Shown piece by piece: positions 46,684 to 55,216 of a stretch of 64,000 nucleotides of DNA. Within the stretch, counting starts at the first letter, position 1; each line of letters opens with the position of its first letter. Location: the NCBI RefSeq assembly GCF_028464065.1, contig NZ_CP116808.1:1007886-1071885 (forward strand), in the 5' to 3' direction. Origin of the DNA: Saprospira sp. CCB-QB6 (lineage in GTDB: Bacteria; Bacteroidota; Bacteroidia; Chitinophagales; Saprospiraceae). The notes below the pieces were generated by a model. That model did not search any database and was not told the DNA's origin. It was given only the letters and a program-made list of their open reading frames with translations. The position numbers and the translations under genes were made by a program.

Positions 46684-46923
46684 ATGAGTTTTGAACTAGA
46701 CCTTCCTATCCATTGGACCGATTATGAGGATATCGCCATGGGCCTTTATGATAAGTTTGGCGACGATTTTACCGAATCCAAAATTTATCGCATCCGCTTT
46801 ACCGACCTGATCGAATGGGTGCTAGACCTACCCAATTTTGTGGGCAAACGCGAAGATTGTAACGAGGGCCACCTCGAGCAAATCCAAGCCAAATGGGTCT
46901 ATGAATGGAGAGACAACCAATAA
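46684..46923 (+). CDS. iscX: IscX-like (YfhJ) Fe-S assembly accessory protein
   Basis: WTDYEDIAMGLYDKFGDDF...IRFTDLIEWVLDLPNF resembles the IscX signature W.D..EIG.AL....P......RFTDL..W. It follows fdx, as in isc operons. Confidence 0.55.
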   Translation: MSFELDLPIHWTDYEDIAMGLYDKFGDDFTESKIYRIRFTDLIEWVLDLPNFVGKREDCNEGHLEQIQAKWVYEWRDNQ

Positions 46924-46929
46924 AACAAA

Positions 46930-46962
46930 AAGGCCACAGCAAATTGCTGTGGCCTTTTTTGC
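46930..46962 (+). terminator. rho-independent terminator
   Basis: Hairpin AGGCCACAGCA AATT GCTGTGGCCT followed by T6. Confidence 0.7.
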
Positions 46963-47000
46963 CATGTATAAACTCCTCTGATTGACAAAAAGATACTATT

Positions 47001-47999
47001 ATGGATAAACGCATTCCTGTTACCATCATTACTGGCTTTTTGGGCAGCGGAAAAACGACCCTGCTCAACGAACTCATCCAACGCTACCCCAATAAGAAGT
47101 TGGCCATTATTGAAAATGAATTTGGCGAATTAGGCATTGACCAAGATTTGGTGGTCCGTGGAGAAGACCAAATCTTCGAACTCTCTAATGGCTGTATTTG
47201 CTGCAGCCTAAATGATGAATTGGTCGATACCCTGGCCAAACTCCTCAACGGAAATTACGAATTTGACCAGCTCGTTATTGAAACCACAGGCATAGCCGAA
47301 CCCGATGCCATCGCCGCCGCCTTTGTGGCCGATGCCTCGGTCCAAGCCTATTTTCAACTAGATGCCGTCATCTGCCTAGCCGATGCGCAATATACCCTAG
47401 ACAGCCTAGCCGAAAGAGAAGAAGCCAAACGCCAACTCGCCTTTGCCGACCTCATTTTGCTCAATAAAAAGTCTAGCGTTTCCGCAGAACAATTGGCCGA
47501 AACCAAAGCGGGCCTTAAAAAGCTCAATCCCTTAGCCGAAATCATTGAGGCCGATTATGGCAAAACAGAACGCAATCTTCTGGACCTACAAGCTTATGCT
47601 TTTGCTACCGTAGAAGAAAAGCTCAGAGCCCAACATCAACCCAAAACTTGCAGCCATGGCAGTCACCACCACCATCATCATGAGCAAGGCGAATTGGTTA
47701 CGCATAGCTTTGTTTTTGATCAGCCCTTTGATCTGCTCAAGCTTCGGCATTGGTTACAAGTGCTGCTCATGCTACAAGGAGAAGGCATTTATCGAGTGAA
47801 GGGCGTGCTTTGGGTGCAATGGCAAGATAAAAAGATGGTCCTGCAATCAGTCCGAAAATCTTTTGCCCTCCAATTGGGCGATGATTGGCCCGAAGGCAAA
47901 CCCCGCCAAAGCCGAATTGTCTTTATTGGCAAAAATCTGCGCAAGGATATCCTAGAAAAAAGCCTGAAACAATTGCTGGCCCTAGAGACTAGCTTTTAA
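47001..47999 (+). CDS. COG0523 (CobW/ZigA/YeiR-type) metal-chaperone GTPase
   Basis: GFLGSGKTT P-loop and GCICCS motif. A His-rich stretch CSHGSHHHHHHEQGE sits between the GTPase and CobW_C domains. Confidence 0.8.
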   Translation: MDKRIPVTIITGFLGSGKTTLLNELIQRYPNKKLAIIENEFGELGIDQDLVVRGEDQIFELSNGCICCSLNDELVDTLAKLLNGNYEFDQLVIETTGIAEPDAIAAAFVADASVQAYFQLDAVICLADAQYTLDSLAEREEAKRQLAFADLILLNKKSSVSAEQLAETKAGLKKLNPLAEIIEADYGKTERNLLDLQAYAFATVEEKLRAQHQPKTCSHGSHHHHHHEQGELVTHSFVFDQPFDLLKLRHWLQVLLMLQGEGIYRVKGVLWVQWQDKKMVLQSVRKSFALQLGDDWPEGKPRQSRIVFIGKNLRKDILEKSLKQLLALETSF

Positions 48000-48010
48000 A
48001 TAGATAAGGC

Positions 48011-48048
48011 CCAGAACTCGATGTTCGGGGCCTTTCTTTTGCGTGGAG
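48011..48048 (+). terminator. rho-independent terminator
   Basis: Hairpin GGCCCAGAAC...GTTCGGGGCC followed by TTTCTTTT. Confidence 0.5.
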
Positions 48049-48272
48049 CAGGGCGCGAAGCGCCCGCAGGCTGAGCTGCCGAAGCAGGGCCGCCGAAGGC
48101 GGCAGACCAAAGCGCTGAAAGCGCTGCAGGGCCGAGCAAACCTGCGAGCTGCGAAGTGGAGCGACCCGACCGATAATTCATGAGGGTTTTAACCCTCATT
48201 TTGTATCGCTTCGCAAAGCGATACCGCTTTGCGCTGGGTTTTAACCCGGCGGAAGGGGCAGCCCCAAAAAAA
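48040..48272 (-). repeat. GC-rich composite repeat element R17 (core + atgagggttttaaccctcat + gcaaagcgataccgctttgc modules)
   Basis: Its reverse complement is near-identical to 49683-49800 of R18. It ends ggcagccccaaaa 4 bp from the stop of the 48276..49664 gene. Confidence 0.8.
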
Positions 48273-48275
48273 GTA

Positions 48276-49664
48276 CTAGGCCTCCTTCATCGTACGGAAA
48301 TGCTCATAGAAATAAGGCAAGGTTTCAATTCCTTTAAAGTAATTGAATACCCCAAAATGCTCATTGGGCGAGTGGATCGCGTCGGTGTCTAGACCAAAGC
48401 CCATCATGACCGTTTTAGCGCCTAAAATCTCCTCAAAAAGGGCCACAATTGGAATACTTCCGCCCGCTCTGAGGGGAATGGGGCGCTTACCAAAGGTTTG
48501 CTCATAAGCCTTGGCCGCTGCCTGAAACTCAATGCCATCGGTGGGCGTCAAAACAGGCTCTCCACCATGATGAGGAGTCACCACCACCTTGACCGATGCA
48601 GGTGCAAGGGCCTCAAAATGCTTTTTAAATAGGGCCGTAATTTGCTCAGAACTTTGATTGGGCACCAAGCGCATAGAAATTTTGGCATAAGCTTTTGAAG
48701 GCAAAACCGTTTTGGCCCCTTCTCCAGTATAACCGCCCCAAATGCCGTTCACATCGAGGGTTGGGCGAATAGAAGCCCGCTCCATAGTTGAAAAACCAGC
48801 CTCTCCAGCCACATCATCAATGCCCAATTTGGCCTTATAATCAGCCAAATCGAAAGGCGCCTTGGCCATAGCTTCCCGCTCTTCGGCAGAAACCTCCAAA
48901 ACATCATCATAAAAGCCCTCTACGGTAATTCGGCCCTCCTCATCTTGCAAAGAACCGATCATTTTGGCCAATACATTGATGGGATTGGCCACAGCGCCAC
49001 CATAAGTGCCCGAATGCAAATCGCGATTTGGGCCCGTAACCTCCACTTCCACATAGCTCAATCCACGCAAACCCGAAGTCATAGAAGGACTTTCATTGCC
49101 CAGCATAGAAGTATCCGAAATGAGGATGACATCACAAGCCAAACGCTCCTGATTTTCACGCATAAAAAGGCCCAAATTCGGCGAGCCAACTTCCTCTTCG
49201 CCCTCTAGCATAAACTTGACATTGCAATACATTTTTTGCTCCCGCATCATATACTCAAAAGCCTTGACATGCATATACATCTGCCCCTTATCATCACAGG
49301 CACCGCGGGCAAAAATAGCCCCCTCAGGATGACGATCGGTGGTTTTGATAATGGGCTCAAAAGGTCCAGATTCCCAAAGCTCAATCGGATCGGGCGGCTG
49401 CACATCATAATGGCCATAGACCAAAACAGTAGGCCAGCTAGGGTCCATAATTTTCTCGGCATAAACGATGGGATGTCCTGCTGTGGGACAAATTTCCACA
49501 CTGTCTACTCCCGCCTCTAGCAACTTGATTTTCAAAAACTCCGCTGCCGAAAGCATATCTTTTTTATAGTTTGAATCGGCACTAATTGAAGGAATCCGCA
49601 AAAGAGCCATCAACTCCTCTAACAAACGGTCCTTATCACTTTCAATAAATTGTTTTACAGACAT
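48276..49664 (-). CDS. M20-family dipeptidase (PepV/CNDP-like)
   Basis: Carries VYGHYDVQPPDP, a catalytic Asp/Glu pattern and an M20 dimerisation-domain architecture. Length is 462 aa. Confidence 0.75.
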   Translation of the reverse strand: MSVKQFIESDKDRLLEELMALLRIPSISADSNYKKDMLSAAEFLKIKLLEAGVDSVEICPTAGHPIVYAEKIMDPSWPTVLVYGHYDVQPPDPIELWESGPFEPIIKTTDRHPEGAIFARGACDDKGQMYMHVKAFEYMMREQKMYCNVKFMLEGEEEVGSPNLGLFMRENQERLACDVILISDTSMLGNESPSMTSGLRGLSYVEVEVTGPNRDLHSGTYGGAVANPINVLAKMIGSLQDEEGRITVEGFYDDVLEVSAEEREAMAKAPFDLADYKAKLGIDDVAGEAGFSTMERASIRPTLDVNGIWGGYTGEGAKTVLPSKAYAKISMRLVPNQSSEQITALFKKHFEALAPASVKVVVTPHHGGEPVLTPTDGIEFQAAAKAYEQTFGKRPIPLRAGGSIPIVALFEEILGAKTVMMGFGLDTDAIHSPNEHFGVFNYFKGIETLPYFYEHFRTMKEA

Positions 49665-49682
49665 AAGTTGTTGTTGTTTTTC

Positions 49683-49925
49683 TATTTTTTTGGGGCTGCC
49701 CCTTCCGCCGGGTTAAAACCCAGCGCAAAGCGGTATCGCTTTGCGAAGCGATACAAAATGAGGGTTAAAACCCTCATGAATTATCGGTCGGGTCGGGCTG
49801 TGTCGCAGCTCGCTGATCGCTCGGCCCTGCGCAAAATTTCGCTGCGCTCATTTTGCTTGGTCTGGCCTTCGGCCACTGCTATCCATCCCTCAGCCTGCGG
49901 GCGCTTCGCGCCCTGTCCCCTGCAA
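49683..49925 (+). repeat. GC-rich composite repeat element R18 (inverted copy of R17 modules plus R13-like core)
   Basis: ttttggggctgccccttccgccgggttaaaacccagcgcaaagcggtatcgctttgcgaagcgatacaaaatgagggttaaaaccctcatgaattatcggtcgggtcgggctgtgtcgcagctcgctgatcgctcggccc... Confidence 0.8.
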
Positions 49926-49960
49926 TTGGACCAAAATCCTAATTGAAGCCCTTCCCTTGC

Positions 49961-50356
49961 TTATTTTTCTTGCGGATAAGCCGCAAAAGCAGAAACCTCT
50001 ACACGCACATCTTTAGGCAAGCAGCTAACTTGAACGGCCTCTCTAGCGGGAGGCGCAATGCCTTCAAAATAGCGAGCATAAACCTCATTGATCGCCGCAT
50101 AATCATTCATATCCTTCATGAAAATGCTACATTTAACCAGATGTTCTGGGCCAAGGCCCGCTTCAGCCAAAACGGCTAAAAGGTTGTTCATGACCTGCTC
50201 TGTTTCCTCTTCAATGCTGCCATTCACTTTGAGTTCTTGGCTGCTGGGATCAATAGCAATTTGTCCAGAGAGGAACAAAAAACCATTGGCGGCAACAGCT
50301 TGGCTATAGGGGCCTACTGCGGCAGGCGCTTGATCTGTATGGATAATTTTTTTCAT
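49961..50356 (-). CDS. ridA: RidA/YjgF-family reactive-intermediate deaminase
   Basis: AAVGPYSQAV...NGFLFLSGQI...VKCSIFMKDMNDYAAINEVY is a RidA signature. Start set at MKKIIHT, because the track ORF has a repeat-derived upstream extension. Confidence 0.8.
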   Translation of the reverse strand: MKKIIHTDQAPAAVGPYSQAVAANGFLFLSGQIAIDPSSQELKVNGSIEEETEQVMNNLLAVLAEAGLGPEHLVKCSIFMKDMNDYAAINEVYARYFEGIAPPAREAVQVSCLPKDVRVEVSAFAAYPQEK

Positions 50357-50437
50357 TTTGTTGTTTGTCGTTATGTGGATGCGAAAGATAAGGAAGTTGG
50401 GGCAGCCTGCAAAAGTTTTTGGAAGCTCTAGGAGGCA

Positions 50438-50607
50438 AGTTTTGGGGTCCAAGAGGCGGCTTCGCCGCCTGCGAGCGAAGACTTGGCCCAATAGGCTTTT
50501 AAAACCCAGCGCAACAAAGGTATCGCTTTGCGATGATTTATAAATGAGGGTTGAACCCCTCATGAATTTAGCGGCCACCCTAATTAAAGGGTGGCCGCGG
50601 GCCCCAA
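50438..50607 (+). repeat. GC-rich repeat element R19 (variant: ttttggggtcc...atgagggttgaacccctcat...gggccccaaagc)
   Basis: Shares the aaacccagcgcaa..ggtatcgctttgcga and atgaggg..ccctcat modules with R17/R18. Confidence 0.65.
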
Positions 50608-50641
50608 AGCATAAAAAAAGAGGACCGAAGTCCTCCCTTTT
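50608..50641. terminator. bidirectional terminator
   Basis: Hairpin GAGGACCGAAGTCCTC flanked by A7 and T-rich sequence, immediately downstream of the M61 peptidase gene. Confidence 0.6.
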
Positions 50642-52510
50642 CTATCTAATTTGTGGTTCGAGCCAACGCTTAAAGCGTTTTTCTTCTTCTGCTGTTTTCG
50701 TCTTTTTGATTTTGAAGACGTGTTTTTTCTTCATGTTGATCTCGGTAATTTCAGTTTCCAAGCTCATTTCTTTGTAGTTGCCTTCATCATCGGGGCGCAA
50801 AATGCGAATTTCGAGGGGATCGCCCACTTTTAGGCCCTGCATATAGGTAAAGAGGATAGCCGAAGCTGTTTTTGGGGTAAAGCTTTTGTCATTCCAAGAG
50901 AGGATGACATCGCCATTTTTGAGGCCCATATATTTGCTTCCAAACTCATCGAGTTTTTCGGCCTTAGCCATATAGAAACGGCCAAGAGTATCCGTGCGAA
51001 GTGCGCCATTTTCGAGCCCACCAAGAGGAGACATTTCTAGTACATCGGCCTCTTTAAAATACTCAACGCCATAGGGTTTTAAGAACTTGTTATAGTCCAG
51101 CATTTCGATACCTTCCACATACTTATCAAAGAATTTTTGCAGTTGGGGAAAGCCTGTAATTTCGATAATCTTATCGTAGAGTTCTACATCTTGGAAGGGA
51201 TTATCTTGGCCATAATAAGCGGAAAGATCACGCAAAAGCATAGTCAAATCATATTGTCCTTCCGAGAGGCGGATCAACTCTAAATCTAGACACATAGCGG
51301 TCAGTGCGCCTTTGTAGTAAATATTGTTGTATTGGCTATTAAACTCCTTATCCAAACATTTTTTACTCATTTCGGCTAGAGGAATACCAGCTTTGTAGCG
51401 GGTAGAGGTTTGCACTTTCTCGCAGAGCTTATCCATAAACTCCTCCTGCGTTTTTAAGCCATATCGACATTGCATATGGTGGGCCATATATTCGACCACC
51501 CCTTCATAAAGCCAAAGGTGCTTAGACATTTTGGGGTCGATATAATTAAAATTGTAAATCTCCTCTGATTGGATGTAGAGTGGCGTTACGATATGGAAAA
51601 ACTCGTGAGAAGCGATATTTACCACCAGCTCGCCAATGCGGTCTACTTTTTCCTCGGCAAGGCAGAACATAGAAGAACGAGGATGTTCTAGAGCGCCAAT
51701 AGAACCTGAGGGATAGCCATTGGGCGAAAGGTAAATGAGAAAATGGTAGCGATCAACGGGAAGCATATTGCCCAAGTATTTATTTTGAGCTTCTAGCATT
51801 GGGCGGATTTTCTCGGCAATGTCTTTAGCCGTAGCTTTTTTGTTGGGCGAGTAGACTGAAATTTGGATATCTCCATAGCCCAATTTAAAATTAACCGTAT
51901 CGGGATTGCTATAGAGAATGGGCGCATCGACGAGGTCGCCATAATCTGAGGCACGGAAAATATCCGTATCGAAATCGCCACCAGTTCTGCGCAAAGAAGT
52001 ACTTGCGTAAAAGTCGTTGGGGCGGTTAAACGTCAATTCAAACTTGAGCTTTTCCTTGTTCTCAAAAAAGCCAAAGAGTCCATTATTATTGATGAAAAAC
52101 ACCTTGCCTGCCTCAAAGTTAGTACAAGCGGGCTCAAAAAGAGGTTCTTTCAGTTTAGCATCCCAAATATCCTCAACCAAATAGGTAATTTTTTCTAGGC
52201 GACGCGCCTTTTTGATTCTCCAGGTATTTTTATCAATACGATTGACCTTCAACTTTTTACCCTTACTATCAAAGGCCTCTAAGTTATTGATAAACTGGCC
52301 ATAATCGTGAATTTCGTAAGTTCCAGGAATAATTCGGGGAAAGTAGAAAGTCACCTCATCTTCGGGAACCGAGCTAGGCACCTGTAGGCTTACCTTTACT
52401 TGATCCGCAATCACTTCATTGAGGTCTACTTCATACTTATAAATATCATCATCTTGTGCCATTAGGCCCAAGCTCCAAAAGAGCAAAAGGGCAGTAAAGA
52501 GCTTGTTCAT
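50642..52510 (-). CDS. M61-family (glycyl aminopeptidase-like) metallopeptidase with C-terminal PDZ domain
   Basis: Signal peptide present. HEFFH zinc motif in the IASHEFFHIV context. C-terminal GLKNGDVILSWND PDZ-like segment. Confidence 0.65.
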   Translation of the reverse strand: MNKLFTALLLFWSLGLMAQDDDIYKYEVDLNEVIADQVKVSLQVPSSVPEDEVTFYFPRIIPGTYEIHDYGQFINNLEAFDSKGKKLKVNRIDKNTWRIKKARRLEKITYLVEDIWDAKLKEPLFEPACTNFEAGKVFFINNNGLFGFFENKEKLKFELTFNRPNDFYASTSLRRTGGDFDTDIFRASDYGDLVDAPILYSNPDTVNFKLGYGDIQISVYSPNKKATAKDIAEKIRPMLEAQNKYLGNMLPVDRYHFLIYLSPNGYPSGSIGALEHPRSSMFCLAEEKVDRIGELVVNIASHEFFHIVTPLYIQSEEIYNFNYIDPKMSKHLWLYEGVVEYMAHHMQCRYGLKTQEEFMDKLCEKVQTSTRYKAGIPLAEMSKKCLDKEFNSQYNNIYYKGALTAMCLDLELIRLSEGQYDLTMLLRDLSAYYGQDNPFQDVELYDKIIEITGFPQLQKFFDKYVEGIEMLDYNKFLKPYGVEYFKEADVLEMSPLGGLENGALRTDTLGRFYMAKAEKLDEFGSKYMGLKNGDVILSWNDKSFTPKTASAILFTYMQGLKVGDPLEIRILRPDDEGNYKEMSLETEITEINMKKKHVFKIKKTKTAEEEKRFKRWLEPQIR

Positions 52511-52715
52511 AAAGATTTGTTTTTAGTGGATGAATGATCCATCCATACAAAATTAGATATGTTAGTGGTCTGTTAATCGAGGGGATGAAAAGCCAAATAA
52601 AATACTAAAATTGGGCTATATCCCTTCTGTTTTTCGCCTAAAGCTTTAGTTTTTTAGACTGAGTTCTATTTCAATTAGCTAGCCTAGGCAATTAATAAAC
52701 CAAAGTTAACTTCTT

Positions 52716-53519
52716 TTACTGCAGAACAGCCATGCGTTTAAATAGAAAGTAGGTATTGAGGTTGAGTTCTAACTGAAAGTCAAAGACTTGCCCATCTATG
52801 TATAGAACTTGTTTTTTTAGTTCTAGTTTCCGCTGCAAACTAAATTGAACACGGCGTCCTTGGCTCATCGACTGCCGCCAATACAAGCCTTTGTGCGTTA
52901 AAATAAATCCTCTTCGCCCCAATTGTCGCATTGAGGGATCTAGAAAAAAGAGCAGTTCTTCTTGAGCGGCTGCCGAGAAAAATTTACGGCTGGCTGTCTT
53001 TATTTTTTTGGGCCAATCTAACGCCTGCCAGCTATGGGCATAAGGCAATTTATCGGTTTGCAAATAATTGGCTATTAATGTCCGCAAATTACAGCTTTCG
53101 CCTCTTTGCATCTGCTGATAACTCAGCAGACTTTGTGGCAAGGCCCTCGGTAAAAATGCTCGCCCCTCTTGTAAGAAATAAGCCTCGGCCCAAGTTCTAA
53201 ACTGCCAATCTATTTCTTCACTGATGGCCCTAAGCTGCTGCTGTTGAGCTGGATCCTGCTGCTCTATCCAATAGGCCAATTGCAGCAAATGCTCTTCTAA
53301 ATAACGCAAGCGGAAGCTATCTTCTTGTCCCCAAGCAGCCACTGCTAAACCCAAAGCTTGCCCTTCTTGCTGCATATATAAGAAAAAGGCCCCTTTGAGC
53401 TGCTGCGGCAGCCGGGCCAAATCTTCAAAATCTATGGGCCACTGTAGCCCCCCGCAGATCGGACAAAACCGACTGCGGGCAGGCAATTGGGCCGGACAAT
53501 GTATACAGCTTTGCGCCAT
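52716..53519 (-). CDS. hypothetical protein with N-terminal zinc-ribbon (CxxC...CxxC)
   Basis: CIHCPAQLPARSRFCPICG lies at the N-terminus. The remainder is unrecognised. Confidence 0.45.
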   Translation of the reverse strand: MAQSCIHCPAQLPARSRFCPICGGLQWPIDFEDLARLPQQLKGAFFLYMQQEGQALGLAVAAWGQEDSFRLRYLEEHLLQLAYWIEQQDPAQQQQLRAISEEIDWQFRTWAEAYFLQEGRAFLPRALPQSLLSYQQMQRGESCNLRTLIANYLQTDKLPYAHSWQALDWPKKIKTASRKFFSAAAQEELLFFLDPSMRQLGRRGFILTHKGLYWRQSMSQGRRVQFSLQRKLELKKQVLYIDGQVFDFQLELNLNTYFLFKRMAVLQ

Positions 53520-53527
53520 AATTTTTC

Positions 53528-54091
53528 TTAGGACATTTTAGCGATCGCCAACTGCAAATCCTCATAACCTTTCTTGAGGTGCAGGTCTTCAGTTAAATGT
53601 TCTGCTAATAATTGGGCATATTTTTCAGCCTTGGCCTTATCTGCTCGATAATAAGCAATATGGGCCAAATTGAGATAAGACATGGCCTTTTCAGCCTTTC
53701 TACGCATGCCCAAATCTATGGCCTGCAACAATTGCTGCTCGCCTTTTTCCAAAAGTGCAAGGCGCTTTTCTGGTTCTATCTCCTTTTCTTGGCTCTTGTA
53801 AATAGCTATCAAACCCTGACAAAAAAAGTAATAGGCCCGATGAGAAGCCAATAACCAATCTACCTTATGAGTGGCCGCCAAATACTTTTCTGCCTGCTCA
53901 ATTTTACCCGCCTTGAGCGCAAAAAGAGCTCCATTGATATGCCCAAATAAAAAATAGCCCAAAAGCAACAAAATGGCAAATCCCCAAGTCAAAATACTAA
54001 TCGTTGGCCCCAAATTTAATAACATGGCCACGATCCCCGCCGCAATAAGCGAGAAGATGAGGATAAAACGCAATCTTGGATTAAAAAACAT
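53528..54091 (-). CDS. hypothetical membrane protein (2 TM + helical/TPR-like soluble domain)
   Basis: Two N-terminal hydrophobic helices followed by an alpha-helical repeat region. Architecture is similar to 54103..54852. Confidence 0.45.
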   Translation of the reverse strand: MFFNPRLRFILIFSLIAAGIVAMLLNLGPTISILTWGFAILLLLGYFLFGHINGALFALKAGKIEQAEKYLAATHKVDWLLASHRAYYFFCQGLIAIYKSQEKEIEPEKRLALLEKGEQQLLQAIDLGMRRKAEKAMSYLNLAHIAYYRADKAKAEKYAQLLAEHLTEDLHLKKGYEDLQLAIAKMS

Positions 54092-54102
54092 AAGTTCTCT
54101 TT

Positions 54103-54852
54103 TTAACGGCGTTTTCCCCCTCTTTTCATATAACTCTGCATCTGCCCTTTCATGCCGCCACGGCCACCTTTCATGGCCTGACGCTGCATCTGATGCTGCC
54201 CTTTCAACATTAAATCAATTTCCTGTATGTTTTCTTTAACCTGAGGATTATTAATGTTCAATTTTTTGGCCGTCTCCAAATAGTCTTTCATTTTCATCAC
54301 ATAAGGACGACGCTGCGTTTCTGTGGTCATTTTTTGCGCATACATTCCCTGCACATTAATGAGCTGCAAATAAAGCATCCCCCGAATATCATCCGGCAAA
54401 TCTAAACCTAATGCCTGATTGGCCAATTTTTCACATTTTTTGGTCTCTCCTTTTTGCAAGGCCAAACCCGAACGGATGAAGTAGTACATCCCATGATAAC
54501 CAAATTGCAACCATTCTGGCTTAAACGTATAGGCCAACACTTTTTCCGCTCCCTCCGTATCGCCAATCTGCATTTTCATGGCCGCCGCATTCACCGTACC
54601 AATCAAAAAATGCTTGACCAACAAGATAATAACCACCAATAAAGGCATCCAAGCCCAAGCAAAACCCACTGTGGGCCAAAGTCCTATGGTCAAGGCCAAA
54701 CAAGCAAAAAACAAAATCAGCTGTCGCTGAAAAGTGAAAAATTGAATGAAGGATAACATATTTTTCGATTTATTATTTTCGTTAAGTGCCGCAAAGATAC
54801 GAAAGCTTGGGCGCAGGACTGCTTTTTTTTTATTTTTTTGTCTGTCCCCCAT
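54103..54852 (-). CDS. hypothetical membrane protein, paralogous in architecture to 53528..54091, with G/K/M-rich tail
   Basis: Same 2-TM plus helical domain layout. The C-terminus reads KGGRGGMKGQMQSYMKRGGKRR. The start may instead be the internal Met at MLSFIQFF. Confidence 0.45.
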   Translation of the reverse strand: MGDRQKNKKKAVLRPSFRIFAALNENNKSKNMLSFIQFFTFQRQLILFFACLALTIGLWPTVGFAWAWMPLLVVIILLVKHFLIGTVNAAAMKMQIGDTEGAEKVLAYTFKPEWLQFGYHGMYYFIRSGLALQKGETKKCEKLANQALGLDLPDDIRGMLYLQLINVQGMYAQKMTTETQRRPYVMKMKDYLETAKKLNINNPQVKENIQEIDLMLKGQHQMQRQAMKGGRGGMKGQMQSYMKRGGKRR

Positions 54853-54876
54853 TTTATAACTTTATTTTGATCTAGT

Positions 54877-54996
54877 TTTGGGGCTGCCCCTCCCTATGGT
54901 CGGGTCGGGCTGTTTCGCAGCTCGCTATTCGCTCGGCCCTTCGGCGCAAAGCGCCTCGGTCTGGCCCTACGGGCCACTGCTGTCCATCCCTCAGCC
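54877..54996 (+). repeat. GC-rich repeat element R20 (near-identical to R11)
   Basis: ttttggggctgcccctccctatggtcgggtcgggctgtttcgcagctcgctattcgctcggccc...ccactgctgtccatccctcagcc. Confidence 0.8.
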
Positions 54997-55216
54997 AGAT
55001 TTAATCGCGCTGCTTTGGCCATAGTTTGCTATGAATTTTTGGCTAGGCCAGCTATTTTTTAAGGACATAGCCTTCGCTATGACCGAGAAAAATAGGGCCG
55101 ACTAGCGGGAAATTGCTGCAAACTATAAAAGTGAGTGCGCTTAAATTTGGCTATTACCTGCGGCGCTGCGCGCCTGCTAAACGCAAATTATCTCCTTTTG
55201 GACCAAATTACCACTT

